Source: Octopus sinensis (lineage: Eukaryota). From it: a stretch of 64,000 nt of DNA. Made by a program: the position numbers and the translations under genes. The notes below the pieces were generated by a model. That model saw nothing but the letters and a program-made list of their open reading frames with translations, was not told the DNA's origin and made no database searches. Location: the NCBI RefSeq assembly GCF_006345805.1, contig NC_043000.1, positions 44,454,001-44,518,000 on the forward strand, read 5' to 3'. Below, in pieces: positions 28,801 to 40,353 of the stretch (the first letter of the stretch is position 1; every line of letters begins with the position of its first letter).

Positions 28801-29239
28801 AGAGTCAGTTTTCGTCTGTTATATCAAGTTTCTTCTCAATAGCTTACTCTATAATTAAGCGCAATTATATTCGTTTGCCAAAAGTAATAGGGATAGTCAG
28901 CTGCTATTATTATTATTTTATTATTAACATTAGGGAACATTTTCGAAACAACCTTTGTCTTGAGTTTTGCAATCAGTATTATTGCAATTTGATGGTATGG
29001 GTCCAGAAGTGCCTCGAGAAAATTTTATTGTGTTAAATTCTTTGGTATAAGAATTCATATTTAACAGCAATTCTCACTTTTGCCATTAAATGAAATAAGA
29101 AAATAACACAATTTAATTAGAACATTTTTTCTTTGTTTAAAAAACATATTACACAAAGTGTTTAATTATACATTTTATAATATATTTTTTCTGTCAAACT
29201 GAAGTCTCAGCTACACCAGGAGTGAACATATTCTTTGCA

Positions 29240-29515
29240 TCACATCAGTATTTTTGCAGAGACGAGCTGTAGACATCCATCAGGCTTGTGTTCCACCTGC
29301 GCGGGTACCTAGCCTCCATGGTCTCAATATCTTGGTGGAATATTTCTCCTTACTCATCACATTTTGTACAATAATTTTCGTGGAAGTTCTCCAGATGACT
29401 AAGCAGGAAATGTACTTTGATATCCTTGCTGAAGCCAAATGTTGAAAAGATGGTGAACGGGTCTTCCACAAGTTTTTCATAATTTTATTACTTCTTGTTA
29501 CCCAGAAATCAGACA
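29240..29515 (-). mobile_element. Relic transposase C-terminus, Chapaev3-like (CMC superfamily)
   Basis: A frame absent from the ORF track reads FLGNKK**NYEKLV...FGFSKDIKVHFLLSHLENFHENYCTKCDE*GEIFHQDIETMEARYPRRWNTSLM. From memory this resembles the Chapaev3 motif K.HFLHSHLDFFP.N....SDE.GERFHQDI..ME.RY.G.W. Confidence 0.65.
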
Positions 29516-29679
29516 TAACTGAAGCAAAAGCATTCCATAGTCTCTAAAATCTATTATTTATAGTACATTTCTTACCAAGATAATATTTAAATAAATGTGA
29601 TCGGATTTGCCCAATATTGGTATTAATTATTGTATATTTTTTAACCTCTGGACACACACACACACACACACACACACAC

Positions 29680-29766
<87 letters not shown>

Positions 29767-29976
29767 TATATGTAAATATGTGGGTATGTGCGTGTTTATT
29801 TTGTTCATATGGAACACATATATAAGCACGCATACACACTCATACACACATATGAATGTATTTATGTATGTATGCATCTATGTATTTAAAAATGTATGCT
29901 AGAAATTTAGAGAAATTACTAAATTTCTATCAGTGCCAGACATTCTGAATTGCATAAGATATTAACTTTTGTATCT

Positions 29977-30036
29977 CAACAAACTTGTTATAAGTATATC
30001 CTTTGTAGAAAGGATATACTTATAACAAGTTTGTTG
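29977..30036. repeat. Perfect hairpin with 28-bp arms and a 4-nt loop
   Basis: caacaaacttgttataagtatatccttt-gtag-aaaggatatacttataacaagtttgttg. Confidence 0.95.
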
Positions 30037-30526
30037 CAGAAATACAACGTAGCGCAATTGTTACTTATATACTCGATATTACCTCTGGTTTAAATAGCTG
30101 TCTAGCGCAGAGTGAAATCTTGTTCACGTTGCTAATCATTAGATATGTAGTAGCTTGAAATAAAGGGAGTTTTTTTCCAAATAAAGGCATCACCTGAAAC
30201 ATGATTAGAACAAACAATTTCGCCATCATATATCCAGTACTCCTATCATCTTGATGTCATGTCTTATCATACATCAAAATAATTACAACAATGGGAAGTT
30301 GTATTTAAATACTAAGCATAACATTGAAAAGTGTCAAACTCTGTAAGCTTTGCATAACCGAGTGTTTAGATATCTCCTTTTCCAAAGTCCCCATTTTATT
30401 TAAACATAGGGAACGAAAACGTCATCAACCCAGAATTTTCATAACAAATATATACTACAGTTCACAGTCTCTATTCATTTTATTCATTCTTTGGTCCGCA
30501 CAAAATACTGTCGTATTTTCCATATA

Positions 30527-30852
30527 GTGAGGGCGCGTGGCTTAGTGGTTAGGGCATTCGGCTCATGATCGTAAGGTTGTGAGTTCGATTCCCGGCGACG
30601 CGTTGTGTCCTTGAGCAAGACACTTTATTTCACGTTGCTCCAGTCCACTCAGCTGGCAAAAATGAGTTGTACTTGTATTTCAAAGGGTCAGCCTTGTCAC
30701 TCTCTGTGTCACGCTGATTATCCCCGAGAACTACGTTAAGGGTACAGGTGTCTGTGGAATGCTCAGCCATTTGCACGTTAATTTCACGAGCAAGCTGTTC
30801 CGTTGATTGTATCAGCTGGGACCCTCATCGTCGTAACCGGCGGAGTCTTAGA
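30527..30852 (+). mobile_element. Full-length tRNA-derived SINE (family C) with a 12-bp TSD
   Basis: A box gtggcttagtgg, B box gagttcgattccc, core-like tgtgtccttgagcaagacact. TSD attttccatata at 30515-30526 and 30853-30864. Confidence 0.9.
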
Positions 30853-31435
30853 ATTTTCCATATATATCAAAATCTAGATATAGATGTATATTGAAATCTC
30901 GAAATTCTTAGTGAATTTTAACTAGAATATATTTTTATTCGTTATTTTGCAGGTTCTCCAAATAAATATTACATTAGTTTCTTCTAGTTAGTTAATGGAT
31001 TCCTCTAATTTCTCATATTTTATTAAAATTAAACTTTTCGTTAACCAATATGAAGCGAATAACAGAATTTCCTAGCGTATAATCGACTGCATTCTTTCCC
31101 TAGCTCCCATCTAATCGCTTAAGACCTACAGCAGCGTAATCTAATGATTTAATGGATTTTGATTTTCTCCTTTGAAAACTTATTCAAATTTAATTTTTTA
31201 GTTGCTATTACATGAAATAACAATATACCACTGACTATTGTACGTATGTCTGAACTAATTATAAATTTATTTTAAATATATTTTGTTAGAGAAAGTATGG
31301 TAGATAGGCAGAATCGCTAATGTGTCAGATGAAGTTCTACACGGTATTTCTTCTAGATTCTGATGTTAATTCCAAACACTACTGAACTAAGATTTGCGGT
31401 TCATTCCTCCAAGCTAAATTGAATTCAAATTTTGA

Positions 31436-31634
31436 CACATGGCCAGCAAGTTCAGAGAAAGTTCTAATAGATTACATCGACCCCAGTGCTCTACTGGTAC
31501 TTTCTTTCATCAACCCCTGAATTATCAAAAGGCAAGTCGATCTAGACAGCTTTTGGACTCAGAACGCAAAAGCTAACAAAATGCTGCGAAGCATTTTCTC
31601 CGGCGTGCTAACGATTCTGCCAGGTCGTCGACTT
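31436..31634 (-). mobile_element. SINE family A copy
   Basis: gattacatcgaccccagtg...ggactcagaacg...ccggcgtgctaacgattctgccag. Confidence 0.7.
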
Positions 31635-32414
31635 ATATCGGACAGATATTCGTGTCCATATCGTCGATTAAGCCAATCCCCTCATAATTGCATCTGAATT
31701 AGTAAAATTTGATTTGATAACAAGGATTTCCATATTATCATTTACATCTATTTAATTTTTATTTATTATTGATAAATCTTTATTTATTTTACTCCTTGAA
31801 AACTTAAAAGATTTTATAGAAATTTGCCGTTGTTAGAAAAGTATTCTATTAACTTCTATCAATTGCTTTTTACATTGTTATTTATTAATTAATTTTGCAC
31901 GATTCCCTATAATTTATAACCCGATTACATTATGCAAACACGCACTTAGTCGTTGCTTATTTTCAATACTTAACACTAACAATTGTGTATTACAATTACT
32001 TTAACTAGACATTCATCAACTATTCTATAGACGTTAATTTGAAATATCCAAGATTTTGATATTAAATAACCATACCTTGCAGGCATTATAGTTTAACAAC
32101 TAAATACACAAACAATATCGACATACATTTCTAATTGTGACACAATTTTAAAGGTTGACGTATTTATATTTCTATGTAAACTTACCTAAAATATTTTAAA
32201 TATTTACATTCCAGTAATCCTAAAGTTTTTCTTTATATTTTCCCCCATAAACACACATATTATTACTGCGCAAGTTGCCAAATTTGAGAAATTTACTGCA
32301 CAGTATTTTATTCCGACATAGCTGTACTACAATATTTTAAACAATCAACATTTCACAGTGACACAGTATAAAGTTAGTACAGGTATATATGTATGTATAC
32401 ATATATATATATAT

Positions 32415-33565
32415 AGGGAGATTTCACAACAAAAACAGAAGACGAAAACAGGTAGTGTAAAAAACAACCATGTATTAGTTTAACACTTGGGAAGTGAAAC
32501 AATCTTTAACGCTTCGAGCCATCGCTCTTCGTTAGAAAGGAACACAGAAAGAAACTAGGAGAGAAAATAAAGAATGTGTAGTGAGTAGCGATCTATCATG
32601 GTGAACTTGTGAATAAGGGTAGACAATTTGGTCATTATCTTGGATTGACTGTAGGTGTTGATCTTTTTCATAGTAGCTATTGTCTCGAAGGAAGATTAGG
32701 GTAGTGTTTATGTATTTTTTCTGAGTCCATGATAACTACAGTACTCCCTTTGTCAGTTTCTATTATAATTATTGTGTCATCCTCCTTGAGATTATTGATG
32801 ATTTCACATTTTTCTCTACTTGTATTTGTTTTAAATTTTGGGGTTGGGAGTAAATTGTAGCGGTAACTGGATATCACATCACAAAATTATCCAGAGTTTG
32901 ATTTTTTTCGCTTGTCGGACAGTAGTTACTTTTATTGTGAAGAATTGATTGATCATTATTCACTTTATCCAGCAGTTCTTCAGTGATGCGAAGTTTTCTG
33001 CAGAAATCTTGGATATCATTTTGTATATCGTTTATGTTCGAACTTTGTGGCGTTGAGGTGCACTTCAATCACTTAGCAAGAATTTTGATTTCCTGGTTCG
33101 AAAGAGCTTTATGTGAGAGTTTTATAACCTTCGAAATCTCATATTTGGTTGGTGCCATCGAGTGTCCCTGTTGTGGCCCAGTTTATCTAAAAAATGGTTA
33201 GTCTGGTATAAGGAGTTCCTGTTAGTAGTCCTTCCACAAGGATCTATTCTGGTCGGCTCTGAGTGCGGTTGTCTTACTAGTTATATTTTTATTGGAAGAG
33301 CTGGTTATTGTGGAAGAAATGTCTCGAACGGGAGACCTTCCTACTTCGTTCGTCATGTTCGAAGTCTTCTCTTTGTGAGATGTGTCTCGGACATGGGGAG
33401 TTCGTATTTCTCTTATATTTCTGTCCCAAAAAAGTATTCATGAAGATGTTTCTGTACGTTTGAGTGAGGGTGCTTTGTGCGTGGTGAAGTGTTCAATGGA
33501 ATTTCCCATTTCGTGTTTTTGATGAGTATTTGGAATCCTGGGGAGGGTATTGGTTATTCTTCTGT
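32415..33565 (-). mobile_element. Internally deleted Penelope-like element (N-terminal RT region plus terminal repeat), between (TA)n tracts
   Basis: LSHKALSNQEIKILAK*LKCTSTP...DIQDFCRKLRITE...KSNYCP / IINNLKEDDTIIIIETDKGSTVVIMD matches the PLE pattern NLS..LT..E..L.KGL.F.PTP...F.R.LRL and I.IK.ADKG..VV.M. The terminal segment 32415-32560 carries a hammerhead relic. Confidence 0.8.
32504..32539 (-). ncRNA. Degenerate minimal type I hammerhead ribozyme in the PLE terminus
   Basis: Minus strand: cttt-CTAACGA-a-gagc-gatg-gctc-GAAG-cgtt-aaag. Stems I and II pair, but both core boxes are mutated (CUGAYGA to CUAACGA, GAAA to GAAG). Confidence 0.55.
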
Positions 33566-34112
33566 ATATATATATAAATATTTATATATATATATATATA
33601 TATATATGGTGACTGATACATCTTGACAGATGACTACCGTCTTTTTGTTTATTGTTCTGTAGTGGCATTTCACATTTTTCATTTATGACCTCGCAGAAAT
33701 ATATTCACTCGCTTACATATCTGCATGATTTGCAATTTAGGTGACAGACTAAATTTGTAACCTATTCTACAATTCAACTGTTTAGATCTGCACACGTCAC
33801 CTCACTTCTTTCGCTTTAGGACTCATAGTAGATTGGCTGACAAATGAAGTCATCATGTAACTACCAATACATCATCGGGTTAGTGTGATAAGCATTTGTA
33901 TAGCACTAAATCCACTCTCTGAATCTCTGTGATTAGTTTGTATAGTTGTGCCATAGCAAAATAACCAGTAATCACGTGAAACCACAGGATTTAGATAAGA
34001 ATCTTCTCCTTCTATACAGATTCTGTGACAAACGTGTGGGTGTCTTACAACCTGCAGATTTTAATGCTCGCTCTGACGCAAAGCAAGATTATTTCTGCAT
34101 TCACGCACTTAC

Positions 34113-34189
34113 ATGTGGTATCATCACATATACTAGTAAACCCAGAGTTAAGAACCTGACACGTACTATTACTCCAGGTCGGAGTATAC
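34113..34189 (-). CDS. Candidate internal exon of an unidentified host gene (YTPTWSNSTCQVLNSGFTSICDDTT)
   Basis: Acceptor catattgttcgcag|, donor CAT|gtaagt, 77 bp, open frame, non-repetitive. No homology recognised. Confidence 0.3.
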
Positions 34190-34524
34190 CTGCGAACAAT
34201 ATGTCTGTGCGTGTGTGCGTATATGAATACATAAAACACACATTGATATATGTATAAACAGGTGCGCATATACACACATACATATAATTCAAATTTAACT
34301 AGTTTCGTTTCATTTTTGAACGTTTTACTTAAAATGAGTTAAAATATTATATACATATATATACATAAATACGTATACACACACACACACATACGAATCT
34401 ATGTATGTATATGTGTATAATCATATATATATATATTGAGAGGTAGAGAGATAGATATATGGTGTGGTGGTGGTGGGATGTGGGGGAGGCGAGATTGGGG
34501 AAAACATGGGTTAGGTGTGGGTTA

Positions 34525-34606
34525 GGCTGATATATCCTCCAGCTTTCGTCAGGTGTCTTGGGGAAATTTCGAACCCAGGGTTCTCATTCTTATGGTATTT
34601 TTCGAT

Positions 34607-34648
<42 letters not shown>

Positions 34649-34707
34649 TTCAGGTCACTGCTTTGAATCGAACTTGGATTCTTGGGTTTAGTAGGCCGCG
34701 CTGTTAA
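34525..34707 (-). mobile_element. tRNA-headed element with (AAT)n middle and a Penelope-type hammerhead tail (copy 1, 3'-truncated)
   Basis: Minus strand: gttaacagcgcggcctac...aagttcgattca (B box)...gtgacctga-(aat)n-...gaaaaatacc..agaatgagaacc..ggttcgaaatttccccaagacac-CTGACGA-aagctg-gaggatatat-cagcc, then it breaks off. Confidence 0.7.
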
Positions 34708-34926
34708 CCCCAAGATTCCGAGTTCGATTCCAAGCAGTGACCTGAATAATAATAATAACAACAACAACAAAAACGACAACAATAATAATAATAATAATAA
34801 TAACAATAATAATAATAATAATAACAACAACAACAACAACAATAATAATATTCATAATAACAATAACAACAACAATAATAATAATAATATAATAATAATA
34901 ACAATAACAACAACAACAACAACAAC

Positions 34927-34994
<68 letters not shown>

Positions 34995-37845
34995 GATATC
35001 CTTGCCAAAGCACAAAGGATCCGCCGGCACAAGAAACGCCAACGTTTCTTTGAACAAAACAAACAGTCCAACTCCAACCTCAAAATGTTCTACCAAGAAC
35101 TTGGCAAAAATAAAATAGAAATCACTGCAGCACCAACGGCAGAAGAACTGGAAGAATTCTGGAGAGAAATATGGACGGGGAACGAACAACCAGAAAAATG
35201 GAGTATTAAAACAACAAACTCAGCATCTGAGCAACTTTGGACCCCCATAACAACTGAAGAGGTTACCCAGGCACTGCAAAGGCTAAGCAACTGGAAGGCA
35301 CCTGGGCATGACAAGATCCCAACTTCTGGTTGAAATATCTAACAGGAATGCACAAAAAGCTGGCTGAAAATTTTAACAACATACTGGCAGAGCCAGAGAC
35401 AATGCCTGAGTGGCTCACGAAGGGGAAAACAATCTTAATTCCCAAAACAAATGAGGCAGCAAAACAAGAAAACTACAGACCTATAACCTGTCTCCGTACA
35501 ATGTACAAAGCATTTACTGCAGTGATATCGCAAAGATTGAACAAGCACCTGGACGAAAACAACCTGTTTCCAGAAGAGCAGAAAGGATGCCGCAAAGGCT
35601 CATATGGCTGTAAAGATCAACTATTGATCAATAAAGCCATAACTGAAGACAGCCACAGAAAGAAGAAAGGCCTTATTATGGCCTGGATCGACTACAAAAA
35701 GGCGTTTGATAGTATCCCCCACACATGGATCCTCGAAACACTAGCCATGAACAAAGTTGCACCAACAATTATAAAATACATAGGACACTATGAATAAATG
35801 GCAAACGGTGCTACAGCTCCAAACAAAAGAGGGACTTGTGAAAACTAAAGCCATCCCCATTAGAAGAGGAATATACCTGGGAGATACGCTCTCTCCACTC
35901 CTTTTCACCTCTATCGGATATGCTAAACAGAACTGGATGCGGATATAAATGTTACGGCAAAACAATCAGCCACCTTTTATATATGGATGACCTAAAATTA
36001 TACGCTGCTAATGACAAACAGCTGCAAACACTACAAAAGATAGTTCATGGATTTACCAAAGAAATAGATATGAAATTTGGATTAGAGAAATGCGCCAAAG
36101 TAACCCTGGAAAGAGGAAAACTAGTTAAGAGTAGCAACATCACACTAGATAAAACCAATGAAATAAAAGAATTAGACCAAAGCCAAACTTACAAATACTT
36201 AGGAATCCATGAACTAGATAAGACACAACACACACAAATGAAAGAGAAAATAAAAAAAGAATACTATAGACGAGTTAGATCAATACTAAAAACAGAGCTC
36301 AATGCTAAAAACAAGATAATAGGCATCAACACTTTAGCCGTCCCAGTTATAAGTTACAGCTACAATATCCTTAACTGGACACTAAATGAACTGACCAAAA
36401 TAGATAAGAAAACAAGAAAAATAATGACAGGGTCTAGGATGCATCACCCAAAATCTGACATAGAAAGGCTATATATACAACGTATAGATGGGATGGTGGT
36501 AGAGGCCTTATACAGCTGGAAAACTACTATAAAATAACAACCATAGGACTGCAAAAAATATCTACTTCAGAAGGAAGGAAAACTGATACAAATAGCGGCA
36601 AAACACGAGTAAAACAAAAAACTGTTCTCAGTATTTAAGGAAGCTGACATATACAAACAAGAAATCATACCACCTAACAAATATGAAGAAGAAGAAGAAG
36701 ATGAAGGTACAACAAAAGCTATAAAACAAATGAAATCCAAACTGAAAATAGAACAGCAACGAACCATGATAAAACGATGGCAAGAAAAGCCCCTTCATGG
36801 TAAATACTGGACTAAACTAAATGCAAAAGAAATAGACAAAGAAAAATCCCAATAATGGTTGAGAAGCTCAGAACTCAAAGCAGAGACAGAAGGATTTTTA
36901 ATTGCAGCACAAGACCAAAGCCTCCCCACCAGAAATTACCAAAGACATGTAATGAAATGAAATATAACAAGTAACTGCAGAATATGTGGAGATGGACAAG
37001 AAACAATGAATCATATTATCTCTGGCTGCCCAGTCCTGGCTAAGAAAGAATATATTCATAGACACGACAGAGTTGGGACTTATATACACTGGATACTATG
37101 CCAACATTATCGAATAACAACAGAAAAAAAGATGGTATAGGCACACACCAGAAAAGGTCACAGAAAACGTGAAAGCAACCATACTCTGGGATATGCCAAT
37201 ATACACAGATAGGGAAATGAAGGCCAACAGACCAGATATATTTGTCAGAGATCATGAAGAAAAACAATGTTTTCTAATTGATGTATCAATACCAGCGGAT
37301 GACAACGTATCTCTAAAAGAAATGGAGAAACTTTCAAAATACAAAGACCTTGAAATAGAGGTAACCAGAATGTGGAATCTAAAAACAGAAACAATTCCTA
37401 TCATAATAGGTACATTAGGCATGATAAAAAAATATTCAAATACATAACAAAAACACCAGGACTTCCAAACACATATAACATACAGAAAATTGCACTACTA
37501 GGCACTGCACACATCCTATGCAGAACGCTTTCCATACAATAACCATCAGAGCATCACAACAAATCACAGCACATACCCAAGGCACACAGAGCTGTGATCG
37601 GTATTGAAGTGAAAGCATGATATAAAAAATATACTACTGAATCATAATGATAATAATAATAATAAAATAATAGTAATAATAATAACAACATCAAAAAATA
37701 CCTTAGGAATGAGTACCCAGTGTTCGAAATATTTCCAAGACAGCTTTTCAAGGCTGGAGGGTATGTCAGCCGAAACGTTGTGTTAACAACAAACAAGATG
37801 AGGACAAATATCTGTCAAATGCAAATAATGTAAATAATGTACATA
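34705..37845 (+). mobile_element. Copy 2 of the same element (head 34705-34745, tail ~37640-37845), split by a LINE in its (AAT)n middle
   Basis: Head taaccccaagattccgagttcgattccaagcagtgacctga. Tail caaaaaataccttaggaatgagtacccagtgttcgaaatatttccaagac...ggctg-gagggtatgt-cagcc-GAAAC-gttgtgtt aligns with the reverse complement of 34525-34610. Confidence 0.7.
34995..37640 (+). mobile_element. 5'-truncated R4/Dong-clade non-LTR retrotransposon (RT, CCHC knuckle, restriction-like endonuclease) with frameshifts and stops
   Basis: NWKAPGHDKI, ENYRPITCL, EEQKGCRKGSYGCKDQLLI, WIDYKKAFDSIPH, SHLLYMDDLKLYA, CRICGDGQETMNHIISGCPVLAKKEYIHRHD, NRPDIFV...FLIDVSIP...EKLSKYKDL. (TAA)n flanks both sides. Confidence 0.92.
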
Positions 37846-37981
37846 ATACCCCATCTCTTAAATATAGAGCTGTAGTTTTATTACTATTCACTCTATCTGA
37901 AATTCTCTGAATTCTCATAAACTTATGTAGAAATCCTTTGCAAATGTATGTTTCAGTCCTGAAAATACATGTTAATATTAC

Positions 37982-38029
37982 TTGATCCTTTAAATTGTCC
38001 ATATACTCCTTCTCCGCGTCAAGATATTT
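37982..38029 (-). CDS. Candidate internal exon (KYLDAEKEYMDNLKDQ), phase 0-0
   Basis: Acceptor ttttacctatactatttcag|, donor CAA|gtaata, 48 bp, protein-like composition. Confidence 0.35.
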
Positions 38030-40297
38030 CTGAAATAGTATAGGTAAAACTCTTCCATATACATACACCATTCTTTAATAATCCATTAGATATCTTTATT
38101 TAACCTATATTTTACATAAACATTTAAAACATTTATATTTCATCATCATATTTTCGCAACATTGCAAAATATAACCTATTACCTATAATAAGGAATTCCA
38201 TATTGGGATTCAAGTAATAAAGGTTTACGTTGTGCACGCTTTTTTCTAACATGCTTTCATGGTCAACGTTTTTTTTAATGTTCTGGATGCGTGTTCTCTT
38301 AAATTCATATTTCAAGCCGTTGTAATTTCGCTGGGAGACCCTACGGAGAACCCGGATGCATCTCTCTATTTCTTTTGCTCTATTTCTCTATATCTCGCTC
38401 ATTGTCTCCCTATCTCTCTAGATCGATCTATCTATCTATAAATCTCTATCCAACTAGTTATGTGTGTTGACGTGCCGCGCATTTGGGTGCTCATGTGTTG
38501 TGGACAGTGTAGGTATGTATGTACGTATGTATATATGTGTGTGTGTGTATTTTTGCGTGCACTTGCATATGTGTATTTATGGATGCGTTGGTTATATAGG
38601 GGATAAAATGGCACAAGTGATACTTAGACACAATTCAGTTTTGTATAATTTAACTAAACAATTGTTTAAAAAATTCTTGTCATATATGTTTGTTAACCTA
38701 TGAGTTGCCTTTTTTTATTTGTTGCCTGAATCCTGTTTACGTTTGACGATTTTCATTTTATCTACTAAACACTAAAAATCAAATACTAGACAATGTACTT
38801 TAGACATCATAATTGAAGGTGCCTTTGAGACGATATTCTGGAGACAGTTTAGGAATGAGTGAATAATGTTATTTTCTGTGTCACTGAAGATAGTAGGAAA
38901 CAGGAAGTGTATTATGAAGAAAATCTGTATCTATTAATAACAAAATAATGATTTAAAAGGTATGGAAATCATAAATATGCATTGATCATTATCTATCGGA
39001 AAGAAAATATGTCATTTTGTGTGAATGTATGAATGTATATATGTTTCTGTGTGAGTATAAATCCATGAGCATATGTGTTCACCACTAGACAAAATCTTTT
39101 TACTTTGATATCTTTGAACACGCTTGGGAAACTGTAATGCTACCAATAAATAGACTCACTAAGAGGATTTAGCTATTTAAAATAAAAAACATTATTTATA
39201 TCATTAATATTAGGACAGTTTTTGATATGTACAATGATGATAGTGCGAAAGCTGTCACAGATAAAAAATGCCAAGACTTAGTACATTCTACAGCTACATA
39301 CATATCAAGGCGTACGTCTGAGACAATCTGGCGCTAATATAAAAGACAGCAGTAGCCATTACTAAAATGCATTTGAACAGAGATGTTTTCTACAAAGTAG
39401 CCTAGATGTATGTAAACACAGAAATGAAGTGGCAAAAGGCCATTCGATCCGAAAAACTTCACATCCCAGCTACACACTATCATTTTAGTAATAAAGAACA
39501 CATTGGATCGCATAGTATCAGGCCTGAACAAAAGACAGGGTAATGACTAATGGAACGTCAAGATGATTCGACGCACACTCGATATAGACCGACATCGTTC
39601 TAAACAATAGCAACTATAAACACAAGGCAGTCTTTCATAAATTACTGGTGCTATAAGATGTGGGTTTTAGAATATCTTACGACAAAATCCGTGAAATAAT
39701 GCTAAAACAAGAAAGAAGCATTATTTTTTCGGAGATACGTCTTAAGAACATCCTATATTGTAATATGTATATTTTGCTCACGTTGACGGTAAGTGGTGAC
39801 AAATTATTATAGAAGCTGGTTGATAACATTTCCTTTAAAATTATTAATGAATGTAGCTGCATTTGGAAATCATTAAACTTGCAATATTTATTTGCATTTA
39901 ACTACTTCCCACAGCTCAACACAGCAACGTATTTTGATGGGGAGTTACCCAAAGAATATATCACTTGACTAATTCAATGTACCTAGCATAATATATTATG
40001 ATTATGATATGAAGGATTGTGATTGTAAAGAAATAACATAGTATTTCGAAATGAATATTCATCAAGCTTTGTACTTGTACTGAGATATACCAGAAGTACG
40101 CTTCTACTTTCTGTTGCAAATAGTTTTAAAAACATTTTAAATCAGAATTAATCTTTGAGGCGATGAAGAAATTTGAATTTTAGTTTCCTGAATCCGCGAA
40201 CAAATAATGGTTATACTTATAATGAGGTACGGAAATAATGCGATTTTTCGTGCATATTACAATTACTTAAGTGACGGATAGAAGTCACAGAACTTAC

Positions 40298-40353
40298 AAT
40301 TCCTTTAGCGAGTGCAACGGAATATGTTGCGTTATTTGTCCCGACGATGCTGT
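40298..40353 (-). CDS. Candidate internal exon (xSIVGTNNATYSVALAKGI), phase 1-0
   Basis: Acceptor cctttttgttacacttag|, donor ATT|gtaagt, 56 bp. Its end phase is compatible with the exon at 37982-38029. Confidence 0.4.

Noticed and set aside
30527-30600. Possible tRNA gene
   Set aside because: A/B boxes are present but it continues into a SINE body with a TSD and has no complete cloverleaf.
34549-35189. Long ORFs of poly-L/N/I/Y/C
   Set aside because: Translations of (AAT)/(AAC) microsatellites.
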